Source: Antedon mediterranea (Eukaryota; Animalia; Echinodermata). Taken from it: DNA of 64,000 bases. The DNA is taken from assembly GCF_964355755.1 (NCBI RefSeq), contig NC_092670.1:40474388-40538387 (forward strand), written 5' to 3'. Shown one piece after another: positions 1-12,500 of the stretch (the stretch's first letter is position 1; the number at the start of each line of letters is the position of its first letter). The notes under the pieces are model-generated. The model did not search any database, was not told the origin of the DNA, and was given only the letters and a program-made list of their open reading frames with translations. The position numbers and the translations under genes are program-made.

Positions 1-62
1 TTGTTTTCTTAGCACTACTTTCAATTGATTGTAAGGTTTCTTCATTTTACTAATTTGTTTAG

Positions 63-1160
63 GTTTTACAAAAGCCACAAGAGATCCATTCAGATCAAAA
101 AAAGAATTCAGTAAGTAATTTGGTTTATTTTATTTTAAGTTAGCAACAAATTTAGAATCTAAGACCATGGCGCTGAAAGGCTTAGAATTCATATTGCAAT
201 TCATCTTGTCTAAGTCTAATACTATGCTTAAGAACTTTATTGCAATCCGCCCCAGGCCCATACCCATATTAACATTTTTAATTCCAGTCTTCATCTATTT
301 CGTCGTAGCTGTTTCTAAGTTGTTTTAATTGTCTTTGTTTCTGTTAAATCAAGCTGTAAGTGGCGGATTTGTTTCTGCTGCTGTTTTTGATTTTAAAATA
401 AAAATAAAAAATATTTGCTAGACTTGTAATTTAATTAATTTATTTGTCCTTAGTTTTCTAGCTTTGTAAAATTAATTTTTTTTTTTTAATGACCATACAC
501 CCAAGTGATAACTGAATACAAGGTCATAAACCTAGAATTGATGAATTTGGTCCAAAATTAAACCAAACTCCACTTTATGCAAATAATACCTCCATATAAT
601 AAAAATACTAATGTTCAATTTATATAGCGCAAAATGCAGTTTGGCTCTAAGCGCTGAACAATCAACAGAAAATGTTATAAAAGAGAAAAAGATATATGTA
701 GAAAGTAGAAATTAAAAAGGGATTTGACGAGTGACTCAGCTTTCCTGATTGAGTTTGAAAGGGCGTTCCAAAGAACAGCAGCTGACCAGGAAAAGGCGCG
801 TTGTCCATAATATTTTGTTGAAGGCCGTGTAAAGCTCTGTCTTCACTGTAAAACTTTATGTGACAACAAAATGTGATGTGCCTATGATATATGGACATAT
901 CACTACCATAATTGGGTATATCACACTTTTTTAAAAAACTAGTTTGATAGTGTAGACAGAGCTTAAGTATAGGCCTGAATAAAACCTATGATAGGTCGTC
1001 TCAATATCGAAGTTGAATGGAATCAATTTGTAGAACTTTCTCAATTTTATTGTTTTCGTTTCAGGAAAAAATGCATTCAACTTTGCCACCAAAAAGTAGA
1101 GGAGCAGCAGCTCACATTGAGAACGAAATCTTTGAAGGGATTGGTGATGATGACCTTTAA
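63..1160 (+). CDS. Last two coding exons of an unidentified gene that begins upstream of the window
   Basis: Exon 63-110 (tttag|GTT...TCA|gtaagt, VLQKPQEIHSDQKKNS) splices in phase 0 to exon 1065-1160 (tttcag|GAA..., EKMHSTLPPKSRGAAAHIENEIFEGIGDDDL*). Splice sites are canonical; the family is not recognised. Confidence 0.6.
833..963. mobile_element. MITE family A (PIF/Harbinger/Tourist-like), complete copy
   Basis: Termini agctctgtcttcactgtaaaact ... agtttgatagtgtagacagagct, flanked by TAA (830-832) and TAA (964-966). The same termini recur at more than 10 sites in the window. Confidence 0.8.
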
Positions 1161-3108
1161 ACTTTATCTCGGTGTAAAGTTCAAAGGTCAAACGAGTCTA
1201 TACAATTGGATATAGAATACATTTTAATTAAATTATAACATATCTAAATTTGTAAAGATTATGTAAATATAGAAAACAGTGATCATGTTGTAACTTTCAT
1301 AATATGAAAGATTAAAAGATTTTAAATATTTTTTCACAAAGAAATTGGTTAAAACAATATTTTATTTGAAAATATCTACTACAAATTATGTAGGTAAAAA
1401 AGTAACTTATTTTTATCAAACACCAAATGTGCTTTAGTAGTATTATATAAGCATTGAGAAGGTCAAAGGTCAATTAAACATTTGGTAGGTGAAAGGTTAT
1501 TATACTATGGACATTGGATATTTGAAATTGATTCTGTTCTTCCTTTGTTGTGGGTAATTGTATTATTCATTTTAAGAAAACACTAATTTTAGAGGTATAG
1601 AATGTTTTATGTTTAATTAAGCATTTTTAATGAATCAGCATTATTATCTCATAATTTGGCATATTTTTTCTTAGATTTTTACCCAATTTTTGTACGTACA
1701 GTAATTATAATCCATAACAGATTTGTAATAACAAATATTACAGTATTTGTTGTTACATCAATTTGGTGCTTATAAAAACTGTCCTTTTTAATAGAAGCAT
1801 TTATGCAAACTACCAATTTTTCCAGGAATTGTTTAATATTTGGCAGCTAGTTATTCAGTTTAGTGCTAATTTATAACACTGACATACTACTATATATTTG
1901 ATGTCATTTTGCTTCCATCATGGTAAACCATGTAAGTTTCACTTTGCTGAAACCAAATAATTAATTTGATAAAAACTAGTTCAGTACTAATCGGTAGATT
2001 GAGCGGATGAACCAGCAGATGAGTACAAGGTTCTTGGTGCCTATATTTGCTTTAAGAACATGCTGACCAATCATAAAACCAAAATGGTTTGTAAGCATCT
2101 TACGCAAGGATGATCCCTCTCTTGTTTTTGTCAAATTACTTTCTTCCATTCCTTGCCAGTTAGTCATAAGTTCATATAAATTTTAGATATTATTATTTTC
2201 ATCTGTAGTATTTCATTTATGGTAATTGTACTTATATATATTTTAGCATTACATAGTGTAAGCCCACTATCTTGTATTAATAGCAATACTACTATACTGT
2301 TTTTCTTTGTCATTTATTTGAAAGAAATTGAAATTATTAACACGCACTTATAAAACCCTGTGTGTTTCAAAATTCATAATTTTCATTTTATTATTCATCT
2401 CACCGAATATTATATATATTAGTTTCAAATTTCATTTGTATTATTACTGGACCATAATAAACACCACCAAATAAAGAACTGTGTAGGTTTTTTTTCTATA
2501 TTTGATAACTTGAGTTTTCTTTCTGACAATTGTCACTATATTTATATTAATAAAAACCACCAAAGAATGCAGCAGCAGCAGCAAGAAAGGCGACACTTTT
2601 TTAAATAGCGCCCTCTCTATCAGCGGCGGTAAAATTGATTTTTATGATCGGCAGTTTTTTGTGTGTGTGGTTGTTGTTCGGCGTATGACTAGCTAAGGCA
2701 GAAAGAATGATTCTGTTTTCTCTTTGAATTTTAGAGGTAAATAATAACTTAAGTAATCAGTGTTTTAGTTAACATACATTTCATTTAGTGCAACCGTAAT
2801 TATAGTTTTAATACCTCTCATAATAGTCTTATTCTTAGCCAAAAAATCGTTGGCCTAGCCCTATTCTATAATAATAAATATGCCTTTTATGGTACGACTG
2901 TCCTGGCTGGGGGTTGACCTGCTGGCCGAGTAGTCCCACCTAAGCCAGGGCGGATGGGCTAGACCTACTCTACATGAATCTTGAAATGAATAGCAGACAA
3001 TGTTTTAAAAAAGTAATTAAGGCTAGGCTATGCTTATCATAATCATATGGATCTTTTTTTTTACCAACAGAAGATCTCCACTTCTTCACAGGAGATTACA
3101 TAAAAAAG

Positions 3109-6100
3109 ATGTCATATCCTGATACCTTTGAACCACAATCTAAGATGACAAGTTTGCTGAATACAAATGGTTACTTCACAGTTATATAAATAGTATATCA
3201 TATTGCCAAATCAATAAGTATTTCAAACAGTATTGGAAATATAGCACACACACAGTGCCATTCATTGTTTTGTTTGAGGTTAAATAGAGGTTGAATTTTC
3301 TATCTAAATTAAAAACATTTATTATAATTCTCTTTTTTTATATAGATGTTGTGTCTGAATCATCTATAAAACGAACACCACTGCAGACTCTTTCACCAAA
3401 TTCACCGTCACTGCTGCTACGATCAAGAAGAAGTTCCACTAAACGTAGATCTCCACTTTTTGATAAATTTGTCCAAGTGTCTCAATCGACGCCAATCTGC
3501 AGATCCAGTTGGCAATTTAACGCAATAAACGACAACAAGAAACAAGATGCTGTTACGTATACCAACCTGCCGCTCTGGGACACTCCAATCACTTATACCA
3601 AGACTCCAGAAGTCTCGGTCGGTTCTTCAAACTTCTCCCTGTTGGAGGACATGTCAATTCCAGAAGTAACCACCTCAATACCATCTTTGGGTCACATCAA
3701 CATGCCCTGCGAAAGCTTTGAAATTCACAATGATGTGGATAGTTCAAAATCCTCGAATGAAATCTGCAGCACGTGCGATGAGAGCTTTGTAAAGTCTGAT
3801 AACAAAGAAAACGATGTTGTACCAAGTTCTTGTCTCTACGAAGACATCAGTAGCGATGATAATGACCTGCTATTCCATTCAAGGAACAGCAATTCCAAGA
3901 TTTATCTTGTGCCAGCACTAGAAGATGACATCGCCATAGAAAATCTAGAGGACAAAGAACCTGCATCATGTGAGACATCATTGACCCGTCACACTACTTC
4001 AAGCTCAAACATGTGTCAGACCTCAAGCTCAAATGAGTGTTCTGCATCATCAAGTCTCAATAAGCCCCAAATATCAAGTCTTAGTGCGAGTCACACTTCA
4101 GATTCAAGTCTCCAAATGGCAAGCTCAAGTTCTAGCAGCAACCACCAAACATCAAACTTAAGCCTTAGTGAGAGACAAATGCCGAACTCAAGAAGTGATC
4201 ATCAGACAACATCAGACTCAAGTCTTAGTGAGCTTCAGACATCAAGTCAATTTGGTGACAATGAAGATAGTGACGGTGGTGGTGCTGCTGCTGATCTCTC
4301 GCAAAATGCAAGTTGCAATAAGTTTGAGCAAGAGGAGGCATTTGAATTGTCTTTGGAAGAGATTCAATACTTAATTGAGAATGAAATGTTCCTCCACAGT
4401 CCAACAGGACCAAGACCGGTCGCTTGTTCATCCGATGGATACATCCCAGTTTCTTTGCAAGCTTATGAACCAGAAGAAGGAGAAACCGATCAAACTGATG
4501 AATCATCTCTTCTGCAAGACGACGATATATCGGATAGCTCACTCTCACCCGGTGAAATTGGATCAAGTTTGTTCTCAGATAAATCTAGCACCTCCAGTGA
4601 AAGTGGCAGGAGATCCAGTACCAGTTCAAATACACAAAATTTACGTCCAGCATCTGACAGTCTCCATGACAACTCGGCGAGTCAAGAAGATTCCTGTTCA
4701 GGGGAATCATATGAGGTAGCAAGTCTTACATCCGATACAGAATCACATCATGATGTTGAGGAAGAAGATGATGATGACGACTTTAAAACGGCAAATATGA
4801 CGTTTTCCTCTCCAGAAGAAACGGGCAAATCTCAATATTTCAAAGATTATATAGGTGTGTGCGATGATCTGTTAGCAGTGATAGGGGAGTCTGACATGGG
4901 TGTAAGCAGTTCGGCAGGTGTCCAAATTAGAGAAGACCTTCCATTAACGGATAATGTTGCAGAATCTGGGGTTCTGTGTGATGAAAACTGGTCTCTGCGA
5001 GTTCCAACCGACTCCTTGACCTACCAAAATGAAGTTGACTTATGGGAGTGCCATGCCCTGCAAAATGATCTTGTGGATTATTTTGGAGCTACTAATAATG
5101 ATCTCGTGCCCAATAATTTGACCAAAGATACGGACCTTCATAAGTACAATAGTGCTCTGCAACAGGACGTAGAGGATCTTGAAGAACCATCACATAATTT
5201 GGGTGAAATATTTGAAAATGTGAACAGTGACGTTCATGACGCCGAGTCATGTGTGCTCTCAACCTATGAACCTCTGGAATGTGTTATTGAAAACCTGTGT
5301 TTCAATTTACCAGATGATGTTGAAAGTCAACTGAAAATAAAAGAACAACATTTTTCTTCAGCTGATTGTCATCAAGTCATCACTGACAAAAAAATGGCCT
5401 GTAATATTGAGAATTTGGAGAAACCTGCATCAGAAACCGGCAAAACAGAATTAGAAATGGAGAAACTTGCATTAGAAATGGAGAAAACTGGATTGGAAAT
5501 GGAAAAACCTGCATCGGAAATGGAAAACTCTGCATCAGAAATGGAAAAACTTGCATTAGAAATGGAGAAAACTGGATTGGAAATGGAAAAACCTGCATCG
5601 GAAATGGAAAACTCTGCATCAGAAATGGAAAAACTTGCATTAGAAATGGAGAAAACTGGATTGGAAATGGAAAAACCTGCATCGGAAATGGAAAACTCTG
5701 CATCAGAAATGGAAAAACTTGAATTAGAAATGGAGAAAACTGGATTGGAAATGGAAAAACCTGCATCGGAAATGGAAAACTCTGCATCAGAAATGGAAAA
5801 ACTTGCATTAGAAATGGAGAAAACTGGATTGGAAATGGGAAAACCTGCATCGGAAATGGAAAAGTCTGCATCAGAAATGGAAAAACTTGCATTAGAAATG
5901 GAGAAAACTGGATTGGAAATGGAAAAACCTGCATCGGAAATGGAAAACTCTGCATCAGAAATGGAAAAACTTGAATTAGAAATGGAGAAAACTGGATTGG
6001 AAATGGAAAAACCTGCATCGGAAATGGAAAACTCTGCATCAGAAATTGAAAAACTTGCATTAGAAATGGAGAAAACTGGATTGGAAATGGAAAAACCTGC

Positions 6101-6990
6101 ATCCGAAATGGAAAACTCTGCATCAGAAATAGAAAAACTTGCATTAGAAATGGAGAAAACTGGATTGGAAATGGAAAAACCTGCATCGGAAATGGAAAAC
6201 TCTGCATCAGAAATAGAAAAACTTGCATTAGAAATGGAGAAAACTGGATTGGAAATGGAAAAACCTGCATCGGAAATGGAAAACTCTGCATCAGAAATGG
6301 AAAAACCAGCATCGGAAATAGAAAAACCTGTATCGGAAATGGAGAAACCAGAATCAGAAATGGAAAAACCAGCACCAGAAGTGGAAAAAACTGAATTGGA
6401 AATGGAGACACCAGCATTGGAAAATATTGAATACGTTCATTTGTTAGTTGATGATGATGATGATGATGATGAATGGGAGAACATTTCATATGATGACGAG
6501 GATTGTCTTCAAGAAGCCATTGCTGCTGATGGCACCTCCTTGATCAAGAATGAGAACCAGACAGCAGTTCAAAACGAGTACATCAAGGGTAAGTAAAATA
6601 TACAAATAATTATTATAGTAGAACACTAAACACGCAAAACAAGGATGTATACACAATTGCGTCCAGGTTGGAACTAAGCTTTAGGGGTGTCTCTTAGTTA
6701 AGCGTGGTTCCCACTAGCGACGCAACACAAGGATGTATACACAATTGCGTCCAGGTTGGAACTAAGCTTTAGGGGTGTCTCTTAGTTAGGGGGTGTCCAA
6801 GGGTGGGGAGTTTTTGTGTGGCTTCAAATAAAACCAACGTGTAACATTTTTTTTGGTGATTTTTTTTAAAATCAAATTATTTCTTTTTTTTTCTTCTGTA
6901 GACTCTGACCGTCAACCTGAAGGTCGTCTAGTCCAACAGAAAAAGAGCATACCCAGTGGTCATACCAAGTGGTCTTGTGCAATTCTTTAA
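3109..6990 (+). CDS. Large acidic/Ser-rich intrinsically disordered protein (~1130 aa) with a heptad tandem repeat and a C-terminal CaaX prenylation motif
   Basis: Exons 3109-3169 (MSYPDTFEPQSK..., phase 1, weak gttact donor), 3346-6588 (tatag| ... AAG G|gtaagt) and 6902-6990 (ctgtag|; DSDRQPEGRLVQQKKSIPSGHTKWSCAIL*). A probable non-coding first exon ends at 2736 (gag|gtaaat). The 3.2-kb exon is fully open. Confidence 0.8.
5416..6422 (+). repeat. Coding tandem repeat: 21-bp units arranged as an 84-bp higher-order repeat (EMEKLAL-EMEKTGL-EMEKPAS-EMENSAS)
   Basis: About 48 heptads, including about 10 near-identical 84-bp units, with degenerate EMEKPxx units at both ends. Confidence 0.95.
6623..6788. 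repeat. 88-bp tandem duplication of an internally deleted MITE-B plus its flank
   Basis: aaggatgtatacacaattgcgtccaggttggaactaagctttaggggtgtctcttagtta occurs at 6641 and 6729. The MITE-B left TIR agcgtggttcccactag starts at 6701. Confidence 0.75.
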
Positions 6991-8680
6991 CTCCGTCTAT
7001 CAAGTATCTTTTTCTAATCCTGTACTGAAGGCACTGAGATACTGCATGTGCCTACAGGAGATCCTTAAAAATATCTACAGATTTAGCCCTTTATTTTATT
7101 ATAGTTTTATTGGATCCTTTTGGTGTCTATTGACTAAAACACAGATTACTTTTGAGGTATTATTAGATGCTAATAAAGGAATGTTTTTTATAAAGAATTA
7201 TTTATAAATATTCCTATAGGTCTACTGATTAATCTTCTGAAATTAATAATGCTAAATTCTTTGATTCTTTTTTTATTGAAAAACTTAAATCTGTTACCAA
7301 AATAAGATCAATTTTTACATTAGTTAGTTGTTTACTTTACAGCTTCAAAACAGTAATGTATTTGAGTGTTTTGACATTGATGTGTTTAAAGACGATGTTC
7401 CAAATATAGTTCATGTTTATGTAAATAGTTTAATGCTTTGAAATATTTATTTTGTAAAGTATATTACAGTGTTATAGTAATACAGACTTATTAACCAAAT
7501 GCACAATTATACTATTTTGTTAAGTAATTGTGTAAATACAGTAGTAAAAAATGTTTAAAACAATATGCTTATATTTAAATACATTTTCTTTGCAATATTT
7601 CTTTTCTATTGATACAGTGTTAATCTAATCAGATACATTTATATATATATTTTGTTAGTAACTATACTTACATTATTCATATCACCTTGATCTTTTATTA
7701 GTTTTGTTGTTGAAATTGAAATATAAATTATATTAAGACAAACATTACAATTTGTTTCAAAATAAAATGTTGTTCATGAATCTCGAAGATTATTATTAAT
7801 GAGAAAGACCGTAATAACGCGTACGCCTCTAGAAATCCCTTTCAAAAACTGCTTAATAAAATCATATTCAAATTGATTGAGAACTATACATGACTTTTAA
7901 TATTCTTTCTTTAAATGCAGTAATGGATATGCGTATGCCCAAAAGACAAACGCCACCAATTCCGCAGGCGCTCTCACGACTATTGACCAATCAGATCATT
8001 GCAGGCTTTTTTTAGAATTATAGCCTGCCGCCTTTGTTGCATGCTGCAAACGTTACATTTCAACGAGCATAAAAAGCGGAAAAGTGAGTAATAATGTAAT
8101 GTTTTGAGAAGGAAAACTCAATACACATCTTAAGAATGTTAATGTGTTTAACGTCACGATAAGTAGCAATGTATAGATTTGTTAATGTAATAATAAGCTT
8201 AAGCTAATCGCTAGGCCTAGGAAGGAGCCTCTTTTTCCATTTTGGCACACGCACTTTGTGGTGCCCTCTTGGTTGGTTGGGCATCATCATAGACTTAAAC
8301 CAGTATTGAGTAGCCTAAGCCCGAGTGGCGAGCACTTTCTCAAAACGAAATGACAAGACGACGCTGTTGCCTTGTCATATACGCCTAGATTCCTACAAAT
8401 TTGATTTTATTATTAAACATAATTGAATAAAGGCAAAAAAAACAGGTCCAAAGTCAAGCGGGATACTAGTCTAATCCCAATCAGAGTTAGCACCCTCTGT
8501 AGGCATGCCTAGGTTAACGGTAATAATAAACATTACAAAAAGTAAAATAGAACATTAATCTAAAATAGGCCTAATGGTAAAATAATTCTGTTTTGTGGGA
8601 AAACATTCTTGATAATTATATCTAAATTGTTTTAGGAAAGGTTTTATGTCAATGTTATTCCCATAAACTATAATTCATGA

Positions 8681-8803
8681 GAACATGCCTAGCAAACTAA
8701 GAAACGATGCACACAAACGTAGCGTATGTTAACTATGATGACGAACATGCCAAGCAAACTAAGAAACGATGCACACAAACGTAGTGTATGGTAACTATGA
8801 TGA
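8681..8803. repeat. 62-bp direct duplication upstream of the cystin-like gene
   Basis: gaacatgcc[t/a]agcaaactaagaaacgatgcacacaaacgtag...aactatgatgac, two copies (8681 and 8743). Confidence 0.85.
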
Positions 8804-9558
8804 CTCGCTCGCTCGCGAGGTATGTCGTCGTTGCTAGGTAAACTATCTATTTAGATATATTATTTTAATATTATTTATTACTTAAACTATAAAATAACAA
8901 TCAATATAATTTCTTATGACCACTAATTGTATTGCAAACTATACTAGTGGCGCTATAATAATCTTTGTTTTACCTTGCATACTGACCTCCCTTTCTAACT
9001 TAATTCTAGTCAGTCAAGTTTATTTTTTTCTTTTCTATTTATATGTCAAAACACAAACGCGTTGCTACGTGCGTTTGCCTACGCGGGCTGAGACGTCGAC
9101 TTTTGAATAGGGAAAATCGAATTCTATAAAAAAACAAAGTGTATATTAACGACCACTTTATCGCGGAGCAATTGCTATAAATAAAACTAATCTATTGTTA
9201 ATTAAAGTAGCAGAATATTAATTATTCTGTGTGACAAACTTGTTTTAAATCATAACATCATTTTATAGAAAACGCCTCCTACAAAGAAATAATATCGCCT
9301 ACGCGTGTGAACAATTGTATTGTTTACGCACACGCTGCGTAGATGATCCGAATGTTGGGACACACTTTGTTCTTAGCGACCGTTCTTATTATCAACAATC
9401 TAGATTGATGGTGGAGGTCCATCATTCGTCGTCGTATCACTGGTGAAATATTTGATCTGTTTTGGATACTATAAACAATCACAGCCCAATATCGAAAGAC
9501 TTTTATTTGCTTAGGATAGTACATAATATTTGTACATAATATTTTGTTAAGATGTAGA

Positions 9559-12500
9559 ATGGGATCTAGCCCCAGTAAAGCAGTGACAATAGAACAAGTT
9601 TCAAAACAAGAATCTAATAAAAACTCTACGATGACGTCTTCTGCTGTAGATAGGCCTAATCGGTTTGAGGCACCTACACGTTATGGAAATACTGAAACAA
9701 TTACGCCTAAAAATGCTACTAAACCAGCTACTGTTGACTATGATGATTGGGATGATGGAAGTGAAATGACCAAACTGACGGATGAATTAGACGAACTTTT
9801 AGGAATACCACTAGACGTAAAAACAAACGCAAGGGTACCGGAACCACTGGGATACCAAGGGGGAAATATTCCAATACGGCCAAAGAAACAAGAACTTGGA
9901 AAGGGAAATGCTTGGAAGATGCCTGACGAACTTTTAGAAAGGGAATTAAATGCGAGACAGAAGAGGATTTTAGATAAAATGAAAGCATTGATGATTGCAT
10001 GTGAGGAAGAGGATGTTGATGTATCACCGTGGATACATTCAATGGCTAACGAAGAGGAGGAGGATGTACAGCAAAATACATCACAACTGGTAGGTTTTAG
10101 TCATGGACAAATGTACGTGCATGATATTTTATATGGTCAATGTGTTTTTGGTTGAATGTGTTAGGTCTAGGCTAGGGCTAGTACTGACTTAAGTAGGCCT
10201 AGGCTAGTTAGTGTAGGCTTAATATTTCAATATGTAATTTATTGCGTTTGTTTAGTATACCGTACGTGCATGCATTGTTGTTCATGAATGTCAAAACAAT
10301 TCTACTATACATTTTTACTGCAATAACGAATAAGTTTGAGGCAGCCAATCACAATAAACAGTTATTACCCAGAAAGGGCTTCAATTGTTAGAAACCTAGG
10401 CCTAGTTAAAGAAAAAAGAAAATGTAGTTATTGCAGTAACTAAACAGTAGGCCTATAGTAGAATGTTCGACATCGTTCATTCTTTTATTTACGTGAACAT
10501 GTAATGACGGTGTTGGTCAGTAAGTAACAAGTAATTCTAGTGTTTTACAACTAGCACCGCTATTTACTTTTGACCTTTATAAAAAAAACATATTGACACT
10601 TGATTAATTTGACAACCCCGCACGGTATATACACTGATTATATTCTTAAAACTTGGTTACCACCACTAGGACCCAAAGCAAAGACGTAAGCGCAACGCAA
10701 ATAATTTGGACCATCGACAAGCGACAGTTCAAATAAAATCAATCGCTTGTGACGGTCAAATTACTTGCGTTGCACTTAGGTCATTGCGTTGCCTCCTCTT
10801 AATGGGAACTTCTAAACTATTAAACTAGTTTCACAAAAAAAAAGTGTGAAGTGTCCAAATATGGTAGTGATATGATATCATCATGTCCATATATGGGCAC
10901 ATCACATCACATAAAGTTTGATAGCAAAGTGTAGACAGAGCTTTAAAACTAATCCTTTCTTTCAATTTAGGAGGATACGTCTAGGTTTGATACTAGGAAA
11001 TTTAAAGAAGCAAATGTTTACAAAAAGGTTAGAGTCCAGTTATAAAAGTTTATTATTAGTCACATTAACATAACCAAGAAAACAAATATTTTATTTTATC
11101 AATTAGCAATATCTTTATGAGCGAGAACAAGTAGGCATACAGACACATAAAATTTATGAGGTGCGCGTAAATAAAATGTCGACTTTACGCGTCTCTTTCA
11201 TGTGTTTTCAATATTGAAGATTGAGAACAATTAAAGTACGAAGTGTAGGCCTAAGCCTACTTTAATATAAACCATACGTTATTAATTTCAAGATACTACC
11301 TGGAAAATGTTCAAACATTAAACCCAAGAAAAATACCAATTTGTAATACTCCTTTGTTACCTAGAAACACGTACCGGTAAGATGCTCCTTTTAAACGTTA
11401 ATACATGTTTTATGATCTATCGTAGACGTCGCCATGGTAACAAATGGCGCAGCAAATTGAAACAGAGGTGATTTAGAGATTCTGTACATTATCAGATATT
11501 TTTTACGACTAACATGTTTTATCGTATTAGTATACCACCCACTGAAACAATGTAAAGTCTTTCCTAGCACTAGATCTTTTAATAACAAATTACTTTCCCA
11601 CTAAAGCTTTGTTTCCACTGTCCAGACGCAACTCAATGAGGTAAATAAAACGTAAGCAATTTGACCAATCACACGCGATTGATTTTCCGAACTGTCGCAC
11701 TTGTGATTGGTCACTTCCGTTGCGTTGCGTACTAGTGGAAACCAACCAAGTTTAACCTACTTTCGTGTCTCTTCTATGTATCTACTGACTAATGTTCATT
11801 GTTTTTCTTGTGTTTGCGTTCAATTATCTGTGATAACCATTTGTAGGCCTATAACCTATTCTATTTTGTATATAGTGATTACTTTGCTTTTAAATCAAAA
11901 ATGTATTTTTATCTTGCTATATAATTTATGATGACGGCGATTTTCTTGACGATGATGATGATGTAATATTCGTAATAATATCTTTATGATGACGCTATTA
12001 TTCGTCATCTTTTGCGAATGATGCTATTTTATTCTTCCTCTCTTGATGAAAATGATGATGAGAGATTTGTAATGTTTTTGCTGAAAATGATCATGAGAGA
12101 TTCGTAATTTCTTGTTGAAAATGATGATGAGAGATTTGTATTTTTTTTTGCTGAAAATGATCATGAGAGATTCGTAATTTTTTGATGAATTCGTCCGATA
12201 TTAATAATTGATGAGATTAATAAAGGTTTTTCAAAGTAACTACCATCTTTCTCTGTAGGTTGACAACAACTCATCTTCAATATCAGTTAATCGTCTAAGC
12301 AGCCACAAATCACTAGAACAATCATCATCTGCAATGTAAGTGTACGCGCGCGCGTGTTAATTAATATAGTTTCAGTTTTCAGTTTCAGTTTTTATTTTCC
12401 AATAAAACAAGTGTCATGAATATATAGCAAAAATGGAAGGATGACCAAAAAAGAGCAAAGCTCGTACAGTATTTGGCCACCTTAACAAAATAAGTTGATA

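Noticed and set aside
5380-6489. 369-aa antisense ORF (FPFPMQ repeats)
   Set aside because: It is the shadow of the sense-strand coding repeat, whose unit has no stop in this frame. There is no independent splice or domain evidence.
11293-11376. Possible extra 84-nt exon in the cystin-like gene (ttcaag|...|gtaaga)
   Set aside because: It is open only in phase 2, while the flanking introns are phase 0, where it contains a stop. It was left out of the model; at most it is a poison or alternative exon.
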